Positions 8,065-21,158 of a stretch of 30,125 bases of DNA are shown here, piece after piece. The DNA is from Chlamydiota bacterium (GTDB lineage Bacteria; Chlamydiota; Chlamydiia; Chlamydiales; SM23-39). The notes beneath the pieces are model-generated. The model saw only the letters and a list, made by a program, of their open reading frames with translations. It was not told where the DNA came from and made no database searches. Each line of letters opens with the position of its first letter. Within the stretch, counting starts at the first letter, position 1. The stretch covers positions 1 through 30,125 of the forward strand of contig JBEHXF010000022.1 of assembly GCA_048498835.1 (NCBI GenBank), given 5' to 3'. The position numbers and the translations under genes are program-made.

Positions 8065-8136
8065 AGTGTCTCCTCTGTAGGGGAATTTTTAAGAAATGAC
8101 AAAACTTTTATCAATGCAGGATGAAAAAGTCAATTC

Positions 8137-12235
<4,099 letters not shown>

Positions 12236-12258
12236 CTCTTTACGTTACTGCAAACAAA

Positions 12259-13233
12259 CTATTTTTGGAAACGATCCAAATGAATTGATTTTCCTGCTTG
12301 AATGCCAATGAGCGAACCGTTCTCGACCGATTTTCCATTGCATCGAAAGCTGACGATCGGTTTTGCGAAAACGAGCTTGGCTTCTGCATCATGGCTGGGA
12401 CGGATGACGACACGCCGAATGAGTCCTTTGGTCCACTCTAAATCGATCTCGCCCAAACCACTTACGCACAGATCGGTCGATCGTCCGCAATCCCACTCTT
12501 TGGGGAGGTGAGGCAAAATACGGATGATTGGATTATTTTCTTCGATCAGAAAGCTTCGGATCGTCTGATAACTCTTTGTGAGCAGAGAAAGCGGATCGCC
12601 GCTCGTCTCCCCTTCTGGTGAAATCCCGCGGTGTTTTTCATCTTTGAGGTGTGGAATCAACAGATCAGTGAAACCTGCCCGCACAAAGAGATCGAGATTT
12701 GATGCGAGAAGAGAAGCGACTCCCCCTTTTGCTACAGCAACAGGAGGAACTTTTTGTCCGAGCAAAAAAAGAGCCGGTACAATTTCGGCCAAATCCATTC
12801 TGCGCGAGACGAGATCCCAATCCTGCGCCTTCAAATTGCCCAATGAGATTTTTTCTCCATTCGATGGAGATTTAAAGAGGCCGCCGCTTGCGAGGAGGAT
12901 TTTTTCTTTTGCCATCAGGGTTTTGCCGCCCATGATTAAGCCCCCTTTCGGCACTCGATCGATGGCGAGAGTCAACCCCTCTTCCATCGCTTCGAGGCGA
13001 TATTTATAAAGCCCCTCTTTCGCCTGCCCCCATACCCAGACGCAATTTTTTTCGAGATCCAATTGAACCGTAAATTCTTTGATGGGACCGGTGATTTCAA
13101 GAGGTAAATCTAGTCCAGGAAGACGAAGAAGCGCAGGAAAAGGTTGAACAATCCAATTGCTACCGGGAACGATACATTTCATTCCTGGAGTGTGAGAAAA
13201 AGGTCTAATTTTTTCACCGATCACAATGTTCAT
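12259..13233 (-). CDS. Conserved chlamydial protein (CT865-like) with glycoside-hydrolase-like C-terminal beta domain
   Basis: RPFSHTPG N-terminus and position directly upstream of glgB, as in Chlamydia. ILPHLPKEWDCG...IDLEW resembles the LLPALP..W..G C-terminal segment of GH95-type hydrolases. Confidence 0.7.
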   Translation of the reverse strand: MNIVIGEKIRPFSHTPGMKCIVPGSNWIVQPFPALLRLPGLDLPLEITGPIKEFTVQLDLEKNCVWVWGQAKEGLYKYRLEAMEEGLTLAIDRVPKGGLIMGGKTLMAKEKILLASGGLFKSPSNGEKISLGNLKAQDWDLVSRRMDLAEIVPALFLLGQKVPPVAVAKGGVASLLASNLDLFVRAGFTDLLIPHLKDEKHRGISPEGETSGDPLSLLTKSYQTIRSFLIEENNPIIRILPHLPKEWDCGRSTDLCVSGLGEIDLEWTKGLIRRVVIRPSHDAEAKLVFAKPIVSFRCNGKSVENGSLIGIQAGKSIHLDRFQK

Positions 13234-14474
13234 ACTACCGTACCTATCAATCCTTCGGGGGTATTCTCTACTAATTTGCAGTCGATTAAATCGTTGGGTT
13301 TATGCCCTTTCGCAGCGACTAAAACGCGTAAGAAATTTTCTGTATGCCCTGACAAATATCCGGGACTTTCTTCGCTGCTTTCCAAGAGCACTTTCATGGT
13401 TCGACCCACAAATTGTTCCCGCAGTTGAAAGGCGGTCTGCTCAGCCAGACGCATCAATTCCGCTTTACGCCGTTTGATCACATCGGGGGCCACTTTATTT
13501 GGATAGAGCGCAGCCCGAGTTCGCTTGCGCGGGCTGTAGGGAAACATATGCACTTTTGCAAATTTTACCCGCTGCATCACATCGAGCGTTTCAGCAAAGT
13601 CGGCCTCTGTTTCGCCAGGAAATCCGACGATGATGTCCGTTGTCACGGTGAAGTCGGGATTGCGCTGAACCATTTTCTCAACCGTCTCTAAAAAAACTTG
13701 CCGCGTATACTTTCGGTTCATCCGTTTAAGCGTGACGTTTGAGCCCGCCTGCAAAACGATGTGCATGCTCGGGCATGTTTTCTGGCCGTTGAGAACTGCA
13801 TCGGCTAGATCTTCGTCCACTTCATCTGGATCGATCGAGGAGATCCTCAGCCTTTCAAGTCCTTCGATTGCACCTACTGCGCGAATCAGATCGGCCAGTT
13901 TTCCGCCGCCATCGAAGTCGCCGACGTTGATCCCTGTGATCACCACTTCTTTATAACCACCCGCAACCAATCCCTTTACTTCAGAGAGAATTTCAGGGAT
14001 TTGTCTCGATCGTGAGCGGCCTCGCACATAGGGAATGATGCAATACGTGCAAAACGAATTGCACCCATCTTGCACCTTCACGAAGGCTCGGGTATGTCCG
14101 TCAAAAGCTTGAATCTGGAACTCGGGCAAATTTTCTTCATCCGGGAACAAATCAGCAATCAGATCTTCTTTCTGTCCGTTTGGAACGACCTGGATCCCCT
14201 CTCCGAGCCCGATGATCGCATCTGGCGCGCTTTCAGCCATACAGCCAGTGACGGCGATTTTCGCTCCGGGGTGCTCGCGTAAAAGTTGGCGGATCTGATG
14301 ACGGGATGAGCTATCCGCCGATTCGGTGACCGTACAGGTATTGACGATGCAAACATCGGCCTGTTCCCCGTCGCCCGCCTGAGCATAGCCAAGAGCTTTC
14401 AGCTGATCGGTATAGGCCTGCGATTCGTACTGGTTGGTGCGGCATCCAAGAGTGACGACTTTAAACTTTTTCAT
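13230..14474 (-). CDS. mtaB: tRNA t6A37 methylthiotransferase MtaB (radical SAM)
   Basis: Start at ATG 14474 (MKKFKVVTLGCRTNQYES); NTCTVT; KVQDGCNSFCTYCIIP (CxxxCxxC); DIIVGFPGET; HMFPYSPR. Confidence 0.92.
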   Translation of the reverse strand: MKKFKVVTLGCRTNQYESQAYTDQLKALGYAQAGDGEQADVCIVNTCTVTESADSSSRHQIRQLLREHPGAKIAVTGCMAESAPDAIIGLGEGIQVVPNGQKEDLIADLFPDEENLPEFQIQAFDGHTRAFVKVQDGCNSFCTYCIIPYVRGRSRSRQIPEILSEVKGLVAGGYKEVVITGINVGDFDGGGKLADLIRAVGAIEGLERLRISSIDPDEVDEDLADAVLNGQKTCPSMHIVLQAGSNVTLKRMNRKYTRQVFLETVEKMVQRNPDFTVTTDIIVGFPGETEADFAETLDVMQRVKFAKVHMFPYSPRKRTRAALYPNKVAPDVIKRRKAELMRLAEQTAFQLREQFVGRTMKVLLESSEESPGYLSGHTENFLRVLVAAKGHKPNDLIDCKLVENTPEGLIGTVV

Positions 14475-14583
14475 CCTAAGTATAATGCCATAAGAGGGGG
14501 CTTTGCCGCTAGCTTCCAGCTCGGCTCTTTTCAAAAACCTCTCTTTACACTACTATCTTAATCTTTTACCTTGAGGTAACCGA

Positions 14584-15210
14584 ATGCCAACTCCCCTTGA
14601 TGATTATAGTTTTGTTTCCATTGCTTTTGCCATTTTCTTTGTCCTAAATGCCACAGGACAAATCCCCCTCTTCCTCGCCATGCTCGGCCGCTATGACCAA
14701 AAGCGACAAATGCGGATCATTACCCGCGAGCTCGTTGTCGCCCTGATCATTCTCCTTCTCTTCACTTTCTTTGGTGAATGGATTCTTGAAATACTCGGCA
14801 TCTCCCAAGCAGTCATCGCTGCAGCAGGCGGGATTCTCCTCTTCCTCATCTCGCTCACGATGATCTTCCCCAAGCCGCAAGCCGGTCCAGAGCACATGAC
14901 CCACGAGCCGATGATCATCCCACTCGCAATCCCCGTCATCACCGGCCCTGGCGCCATCACCACCGTCATGTCCTTTGCCCACCAAACAGACCGCCCCATG
15001 ATGGTCGCAGCCGCCGCTTTCTGCGCCTGGGTTCCCTCCCTCATCATTCTCCTCATGGGCTCCTACATCAAAAAAATCCTTGGCGATCGAGGCCTCATGG
15101 CAGTTGAACGACTCGGCGGGATGCTGGTCTGCCTCATCGGTATCAACATGGCGACATCGGGAATCTTGACCCTCGTCCAAGAATTCTTTAAAATCCCCGT
15201 CCCGGGCTAA
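14584..15210 (+). CDS. marC: MarC family integral membrane protein
   Basis: About six TM segments; AGGILLF, PLAIPVITGPGAIT and ERLGG motifs; SD GAGGT upstream. Confidence 0.92.
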   Translation: MPTPLDDYSFVSIAFAIFFVLNATGQIPLFLAMLGRYDQKRQMRIITRELVVALIILLLFTFFGEWILEILGISQAVIAAAGGILLFLISLTMIFPKPQAGPEHMTHEPMIIPLAIPVITGPGAITTVMSFAHQTDRPMMVAAAAFCAWVPSLIILLMGSYIKKILGDRGLMAVERLGGMLVCLIGINMATSGILTLVQEFFKIPVPG

Positions 15211-15229
15211 ACAATTTCTCTGAAGTGTG

Positions 15230-15253
15230 GAGAGGTGTAAAAAAGCACCTCTC
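15230..15253 (+). terminator. Hairpin downstream of marC (possible terminator, no U-tract)
   Basis: GAGAGGTG (15230-15237) / CACCTCTC (15246-15253) 8-bp stem with TAAAAAAG loop. Confidence 0.5.
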
Positions 15254-16626
15254 TGCCGCTTATAAGTCAAACCCGCGTCACTCTTATTTCTTTAACTCTT
15301 ATGGAACGGATTTTTCTCGACAACGGCTTGATCAACTATCTAAGTAAAGATACTATTGGTCAGCTCTGGGATAATTTTTTAGATATTACCGCCTCAAAAG
15401 GACTCTATTTACAAGATCGCAAAAGTTTCTTTATTACTGATGAAATGCAATTTTTAGAATTCATTGGATTGGGAAAAATTCTTGAAGATGTGCCTCCATC
15501 ATTGCTGCCAGCAATTAAAAACCAGATCACAAATCTGTTTAACCGAAGAGACTATATTGAATTAAAAGAGTTAAACAAAATTATAGACAGCATATTTAGC
15601 CAGTGCCTAATTCAATGCGAAGCCCTTTCTAAGATAAAACCACAAGCCATACTAGATCAACACAAGAAACATCTTGGGCATCTATCAAGTAAATCAGCTA
15701 AATTTTTAGATCAAGCCATTTCGAACCAATGCTTAGTAAGTCTTAATACCAATCCGGAAAATTTATACAAACACATTTGCCGCAATCTAACTTGGCAGCT
15801 AGTTACAACAATTCTTCGGACTATATTTAATGAAGTTTCAACAAAAATTCATCAAGACTTGGTTTTAAGGCTTTTTGAACCATTTATGTCCACTATACAT
15901 CACGCTGCCTTAACACATGGCTCTCCACCAAATTTCTTTCGGCTTGCTGAAACTACGTATTTAACTAGTATAAAGCGATATGAAAAAAAGCTCAGCAAGG
16001 AAGAGCAAACGTGGATAATGGAATATAGACAGAAATATCAAACTGGAAGCAAAAAAGATCTCATGGATTGTGCCTATCTTGATAAAGCTCTTCTCGGATA
16101 TCTAGATATGACAGATGGAGAACTAAAGCAACTTCCTGTAACGGTTTTGACAATGGACACCCCGCTCCAAGTTCTTAACCGCTTGAAATTGCTACGAAAT
16201 GTGCTAGAAAAGCTAAAATCAGAAGTAAATGATTGGCGTCTTAACCCAGTTTACTCTTGTAAGGTTCTGTGTCTTGAACGAATCGACGGATGTCTTAAGT
16301 ATAAGGATACCGTAGAGCATGCTATCCAGCCCATTTACATATAATTACCTATCTTTTTTCCTATAATCTTACACAAAACTTGTTGAAAGCATCTCTCGGT
16401 ATTACGCAAATTTTATGCTGTAGGGTAGGAATCAAAAACACAAAACACCAAAGCTGTATATAGAAATAAAGAAAATCGAACTCTTGTCCTTAGCAAGCTC
16501 GATTAATAAACTAGACTATTTATATGTAAATCATCTGATATTCGCCACGTTCGAGAGAAAATACATTATAAATCCAAATATCTTTGCATTATGAAATTCG
16601 TTTGATCTAACCGACAAAGCACCTCT
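15242..16626 (+). repeat. 11-bp direct repeat AAAGCACCTCT (15242-15252 and 16616-16626) flanking the PIN-like gene
   Basis: Exact match in the two intergenic regions on either side of ORF 15301..16344. Confidence 0.6.
15301..16344 (+). CDS. Hypothetical protein, possibly a divergent PIN-like nuclease
   Basis: 347 aa, AT-rich. N-terminal RIFLDN, then QFLE, KKDLMD and VLTMD occur in the order expected for PIN acidic catalytic motifs (fold assignment is inference). Confidence 0.65.
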   Translation: MERIFLDNGLINYLSKDTIGQLWDNFLDITASKGLYLQDRKSFFITDEMQFLEFIGLGKILEDVPPSLLPAIKNQITNLFNRRDYIELKELNKIIDSIFSQCLIQCEALSKIKPQAILDQHKKHLGHLSSKSAKFLDQAISNQCLVSLNTNPENLYKHICRNLTWQLVTTILRTIFNEVSTKIHQDLVLRLFEPFMSTIHHAALTHGSPPNFFRLAETTYLTSIKRYEKKLSKEEQTWIMEYRQKYQTGSKKDLMDCAYLDKALLGYLDMTDGELKQLPVTVLTMDTPLQVLNRLKLLRNVLEKLKSEVNDWRLNPVYSCKVLCLERIDGCLKYKDTVEHAIQPIYI

Positions 16627-16695
16627 TTTCTCCTGTTATTTTTTCTTTGAAATCTATACGCTTTTCTTCAGAAATTTCAATTCGGGCAAATCCGA

Positions 16696-17457
16696 TTGCA
16701 GAATAGCGAGTATATTGTTTTTGTAGACGAGAGCGGAGACCACAGCCTAGACACAATTAATCCGCGGTATCCGATTTTCGTTCTTTCCTTCTGCGTGTTC
16801 CACAAACAAAGTTATATTTCTGAAATTTCACCAGCTGTTGGAAGACTTAAACTGGAGCTTTTTGGGCACGATACTGTCGTCTTTCATGAGCACGAAATTC
16901 GCAAAAAAGAAGGCGCTTTTAGCAAACTTTCAAAAGAAAAAAGGGAAGAACTTCTCGAAAAATTAAATGATCTTATGTCAGAGGCTGATTTCACTCTTAT
17001 ACCGGTTGTAATTAACAAGGAAGCTCTTAAGAAATCAGGAGCCGATACTCCAAATGTGTATCATTTAGCGATGCGATATGGACTAGAACAGCTTTACGGA
17101 TTTCTGGCTGATTTAGACCAGCAAAACAGAAAAACGCACGTCATTTTTGAAGCCAGGGGAAAACCTGAAGATTTGGCTTTAGAAATAGAATTCAGGCGTG
17201 TTTGCGACCGCCAAAATTCGTCTCAAATTGTCTTGCCTTTTGAAGTTGTCATTGCAGACAAGAAAACAAACTCATGCGGCCTTCAGTTTGCCGATATGGC
17301 GGCTCGGCCAATAGGATTGTCAATACTTAAGCCTGATCAATCTAACCGAGCTTTCGGAATCCTTAGAAAAAAGCTATATAGAGAGCTAGAAAAATTTAAC
17401 AGACCTTTTGCTTTTTCGATTAAAGCGAAAGGCCCCGAGGTAGTCCTCGAGGCCTAG
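16696..17457 (+). CDS. DUF3800 domain protein
   Basis: YIVFVDESGD, YPIFVL, FHEHEIRK, VIFEARG and GLQFAD motifs typical of DUF3800; TTG start uncertain. Confidence 0.88.
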   Translation: MQNSEYIVFVDESGDHSLDTINPRYPIFVLSFCVFHKQSYISEISPAVGRLKLELFGHDTVVFHEHEIRKKEGAFSKLSKEKREELLEKLNDLMSEADFTLIPVVINKEALKKSGADTPNVYHLAMRYGLEQLYGFLADLDQQNRKTHVIFEARGKPEDLALEIEFRRVCDRQNSSQIVLPFEVVIADKKTNSCGLQFADMAARPIGLSILKPDQSNRAFGILRKKLYRELEKFNRPFAFSIKAKGPEVVLEA

Positions 17458-17480
17458 CGCCGGTAGGGTAGTCCCGACCC
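17425..17480 (+). ncRNA. Candidate DUF3800-associated structured RNA (two hairpins, both with UAGU loops)
   Basis: Hairpin 1: AGGCC-C-CGAGG[TAGT]CCTCG-A-GGCCT (17430-17455), extendable by GCG/CGC (17425-27/17458-60). Hairpin 2: GGT-A-GGG[TAGT]CCC-G-ACC (17462-17479). Followed by a long T-rich tract. Confidence 0.6.
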
Positions 17481-17578
17481 ATTTATACTTTTATTCTAGT
17501 CGTTTTTTTATTTTTTTCCACTTTTTCCTATTTTTTTCACTACGTTGCGACAGACTCGAGCGTTCCTTTTTGATTGAC

Positions 17579-17926
17579 TCAGGCTAAAAAGAAAACTCCT
17601 ACGAGAATCAAGGCAATACCCACCCATTGCATCAGCTGAAGCGATTCTTGGAAAAAGAAGGTTGAGAAAACAGCCAATAAAACAAATGCCAGGCCAGAAA
17701 AGACCGGATAGGCCGTAGAAACGGGCAATCGATCTAATGACTTGGTATAAGCCAAAAAGTTAATCGCATACAAGGCCATGCTGGCGAAGAAAAAGGGAGA
17801 AAGGAAGCCTTTTCCATCCAGCCGAGACTGCTTTAAGCATAAGCTGCCTGAACTTGTTAAAAAAGCAGCTAAAATCAGCCACAACCAATCGAAAGGAAAC
17901 TTTCCTAATAATAGTTTTTGATCCAC
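17579..17926 (-). CDS. SMR/DMT-family small multidrug-type transporter
   Basis: 115 aa, 4 TM segments; LPVSTAYPVFSG and FFQESL...QWVGIALILVGV; SD AAGGAG upstream of the GTG. Confidence 0.85.
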   Translation of the reverse strand: MDQKLLLGKFPFDWLWLILAAFLTSSGSLCLKQSRLDGKGFLSPFFFASMALYAINFLAYTKSLDRLPVSTAYPVFSGLAFVLLAVFSTFFFQESLQLMQWVGIALILVGVFFLA

Positions 17927-17966
17927 TGGGGCAACTCCTTTTCTAGTTATATCGCAAAATTCAGCT

Positions 17967-18974
17967 TTATAAAGTAGAAAATCGATCAGTTGCTCGAATC
18001 AAAGCATCTAAAATTCCCGGTTCGGTAGCTGCATGACCGGCATCTGGGATAATCTCCAATTGCGCTTCTGGCCAGGCGCGATGCAGTTCCCAAGCACTTT
18101 TGATAGGACAAGGAATATCGTATCGCCCCTGAACAATGATGCAGGGAATATTCCGAATAGCGTCAATATTCTCGATGATCCAATTATCCGTCTCAAAAAA
18201 CGTATGATGAATAAAGTAATGGCATTCGATTCTGGCAATGGAGTCGGCCGATTTATCAGCCGTAAAATCAGCGAAGAGTGCAGGATCGAAGAGAAGTTTT
18301 GAAGTGCTCCCTTCCCAACCAGACCAAGCTTGCGTTGCAATTTTTCGCTCTTCTTCATCTTCAGAAGTGAGCCTTTTGTAATAGGCTCGTACAAAATCGT
18401 CCCTTTCAGAAGGAGGGATAGGTGCGATGTATTTTTCCCATTCATCCGGATAGATTTGATCTGCGCCAGTTTGATAATACCACTGGATCTCCTTGGGCCG
18501 GCACAGGAAAATTCCCCTGAGGATCAAGCCTTTGACAGATTGAGGATGTTCAATGGCATAAGTCAATCCGAGCGTACTTCCCCAAGATCCGCCAAATACG
18601 ACCCAACAATCGATGTTCAAGTGCTTTCTTAAAAGCTCGATATCAGAAACTAAATCCCAGGTTGTGTTCGACTCAAGTTCCGAGAAGGGAAGACTCTTCC
18701 CACATCCTCTTTGATCGAACAGAACAATTCGATACAGATCTGGATTGAAAAAGCTACGGTGATAAGCGCTCGTGCCAATGCCGGGTCCTCCATGCAGAAA
18801 AAGAATGGGCTTTCCATTCGGGTTTCCACTCTCTTCCCAGTAGATTTGATGCCCTCCACCAACAGACAAATATCCCGTTTGGTAAGGTTCTATGGAAGGG
18901 TATAAGGTCCGTTTATCCTCTCCACTCAAACAAAGTGTCCAAAAAAGACAAAGAACGAATACTCCCAACTTCAT
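17967..18974 (-). CDS. pip: Proline iminopeptidase (S33) with N-terminal signal peptide
   Basis: LHGGPG, FDQRGCG, FGGSWGSTL, LILRGIF, QGRYD and DAGH; leader MKLGVFVLCLFWTLCLSG. Confidence 0.95.
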   Translation of the reverse strand: MKLGVFVLCLFWTLCLSGEDKRTLYPSIEPYQTGYLSVGGGHQIYWEESGNPNGKPILFLHGGPGIGTSAYHRSFFNPDLYRIVLFDQRGCGKSLPFSELESNTTWDLVSDIELLRKHLNIDCWVVFGGSWGSTLGLTYAIEHPQSVKGLILRGIFLCRPKEIQWYYQTGADQIYPDEWEKYIAPIPPSERDDFVRAYYKRLTSEDEEERKIATQAWSGWEGSTSKLLFDPALFADFTADKSADSIARIECHYFIHHTFFETDNWIIENIDAIRNIPCIIVQGRYDIPCPIKSAWELHRAWPEAQLEIIPDAGHAATEPGILDALIRATDRFSTL

Positions 18975-19146
18975 CCGCCACCTTCAAAATTTTTCGAGAA
19001 AGAGTAGCCGCTAAGAAGATTTTTCCCCAACCACAAAACCCTCCACTTTGATCACTTTCCGATTTTTTCTCTGTGTCTCAGCGCCTCTGCTTTTCCTCTG
19101 CGCTGATATCTTTCTCCTATTCTCTCAGTCTGATCTGTTATATTTT

Positions 19147-19833
19147 TTAATAAGCTGTGTCGGACTCGAGCATCCGTTTTTGATGGAAGGAAAAGAAGGT
19201 GTTTTTCCCGATGATGAGATGGTCGGAGAGCGCAATGCCAATTACTTTGCTCGCCAGGATGAGCCGATGGGTCATCTCGATGTCGCTGGTGGAGGGAGTG
19301 GGATCGCCTGATGGATGGTTGTGGGCGACGATGAGACTGTGAGCGCGGTGGCGAATGGCGGAGCAAAAGATTTCCCGTGGATGGACAATCACTTGATTGA
19401 GGATGCCGCGCCCGATTTCCTCTTTATGGAGGAGGTTGCGACGCGCGTCGCGTAGGAGAATGTAGAGTACCTCCGTCTTCTCCTCTTTTAAGATGGGATG
19501 GAGGAGGCGGAAAGCTGCTTCAGGTGTATCAATGGTGGTTTTATCTGGCTGTGATTTTATCCGCTTACAGAGCGAAAAAGAGGCTTGCAGTTGAATCGCT
19601 TTTGCCTGGCCGATTCCCTTGATTTGGGAAAGTTCCGATAGATTTGCGTCTGCCAAAGCTTCTAGAGTGCCAAAGTGGGAGAGGAGGTCAGTAGCTAACT
19701 GCAGTACGGAGCGATGTTTCATGCCGCTATTGAGGAGGATGGCGAGAAGTTCGACGGTGGAAAGAGCTGCAGCGCCATGCTCGACGAGTCGTTCGCGAGG
19801 CCGAGATTCTGGCGGCAGACTAAGTAGCGTCAT
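19147..19833 (-). CDS. radC: RadC family JAB-domain protein
   Basis: RPRERL...ELLAILL N-terminus, HhH (IKGIGQAKA), VHPREIF and AHNHPSGDPTPS..D, DHLIIG. Confidence 0.95.
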   Translation of the reverse strand: MTLLSLPPESRPRERLVEHGAAALSTVELLAILLNSGMKHRSVLQLATDLLSHFGTLEALADANLSELSQIKGIGQAKAIQLQASFSLCKRIKSQPDKTTIDTPEAAFRLLHPILKEEKTEVLYILLRDARRNLLHKEEIGRGILNQVIVHPREIFCSAIRHRAHSLIVAHNHPSGDPTPSTSDIEMTHRLILASKVIGIALSDHLIIGKNTFFSFHQKRMLESDTAY

Positions 19834-21158
19834 GTCACGAGGAAGTTAGCCACTTTTCGCTCGAGTTGTTGCGGGATTTCCGCCTCGAGAACGACATCGT
19901 TATCTTCGTAATCGACCGTAATCACTTTGCCGTCGCGCATCACTTCACTGACGAGCGCATAATGGCTTTGAGGAATTCGCAGACGAACAGTTTTGCGAAG
20001 GAGCGAAATCTCTCGGATCATCATTTCAAGAAGGCGATCAAATCCCTCTTTTTTAAGGGCCGAAATCTCCACCGTTTTCGGATAAGTGATTCGCATCCTC
20101 TCAGCGATCACGCGGCTTTCGCATTGATCGATTTTGTTGAGGACGTTGATGATCGGCTTTTTATCGGCTTTGAGCTCTTTTAATACTTCTTGGGTTGTCT
20201 GCGCCTGATGGCCCGCATGTGGATTGCTGACGTCGATTAAATGGAGCAATATATCGGCCTGAACTGCCTCTTCCAGCGTACTTTTAAAAGCGGCGACGAG
20301 AAGGTGGGGCAGCTTACGGATAAAACCGACTGTATCAATAAGAAGTACGTCTTGCTTATTGGGCAGAGTGAATTTTCGAGTCGTTGTATCGAGGGTGGCA
20401 AAGAGCTTATCTTCAACTAGTACTTCTGCGTCCGTGAGGGCTTTGAGTAAAGTCGATTTTCCGACGTTGGTATAACCGATGATGGCAAACGTGGGAATAC
20501 CGGTGCGCAGGCGGGCTCTACGCTGAATGTCTCGGTGTTTTTTTACCTCTTTGAGCTCTTCTTGCAAGACCGTGAGCTTCCGCTTGAGAAGCCGACGATC
20601 GATCTCAATCTGCTTCTCCCCTTCGCCTTTTAAGAAGCCACCGCCCGCTTTTCCGCTACCGCCCGTACGCTGTCGTCCGAGGTGGGTCCACATTTTCACT
20701 AAGCGAGGCATTTGATAGCGACAAGCAGCCAGTTCAACTTGAATGCGAGCTTCGCGCGTTTGAGCTCTTTGAGCAAATACGCCGAGAATTAGCTCAGCTC
20801 GATCGATCACCGGCTTTTGAATCGCCTTTTCCAAATTTCTCTGCTGCTGAGGAGAAATCTCATCATCAAATACAACGACATCGATTTTATGTTCGATCGC
20901 GAGCAGTCGAAGCTCTTCTACTTTTCCACTTCCAACAAAAGTCGAAGCTTCAATTCCACGAATGGGAGTGGGCAATTTAAGAACTGTCTCAAGGCCATAC
21001 GTATCGCCCAAGCTCTCTAGCTCCGCTAGTTGCTCTTCACAAAGAGGCTTTGTAATGGCCGATTCGTAGGTGCCAACCAAGAGCGCTCGTCGATTCTCTG
21101 GGCTCAAATCAAAAAGGCGCCCTTGATTGGGCTTGGAAGGAAGGGGGATGTCATGCAT
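19830..21158 (-). CDS. hflX: Ribosome rescue GTPase HflX
   Basis: GSGKVEE, QQRNLE, GEGEKQIEIDRR, GYTNVGKST, LFATLDTT, DTVGFI and NKID. Confidence 0.97.
   Translation of the reverse strand: MHDIPLPSKPNQGRLFDLSPENRRALLVGTYESAITKPLCEEQLAELESLGDTYGLETVLKLPTPIRGIEASTFVGSGKVEELRLLAIEHKIDVVVFDDEISPQQQRNLEKAIQKPVIDRAELILGVFAQRAQTREARIQVELAACRYQMPRLVKMWTHLGRQRTGGSGKAGGGFLKGEGEKQIEIDRRLLKRKLTVLQEELKEVKKHRDIQRRARLRTGIPTFAIIGYTNVGKSTLLKALTDAEVLVEDKLFATLDTTTRKFTLPNKQDVLLIDTVGFIRKLPHLLVAAFKSTLEEAVQADILLHLIDVSNPHAGHQAQTTQEVLKELKADKKPIINVLNKIDQCESRVIAERMRITYPKTVEISALKKEGFDRLLEMMIREISLLRKTVRLRIPQSHYALVSEVMRDGKVITVDYEDNDVVLEAEIPQQLERKVANFLVT

Noticed and set aside
14475..14534. Extended N-termini in the ORF track (mtaB TTG 14534; likewise MBL 22071 and tgt 29932)
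   Set aside because: Family-typical N-termini begin at downstream ATGs (14474, 21945, 29869); the MBL and tgt extensions also overlap upstream genes.
14644..15270. 208-aa minus-strand ORF
   Set aside because: Antisense mirror of marC.
16345..16695. 350-bp AT-rich intergenic region as a gene or ncRNA
   Set aside because: No ORF of 60 aa or more and no convincing hairpin or repeat found by eye, apart from the 11-bp repeat reported.
19147..19833. radC as a marker of a mobile element
   Set aside because: It is the full-length chromosomal type with N-terminal HhH region, coupled to hflX by an ATGA overlap; no mobility genes nearby.
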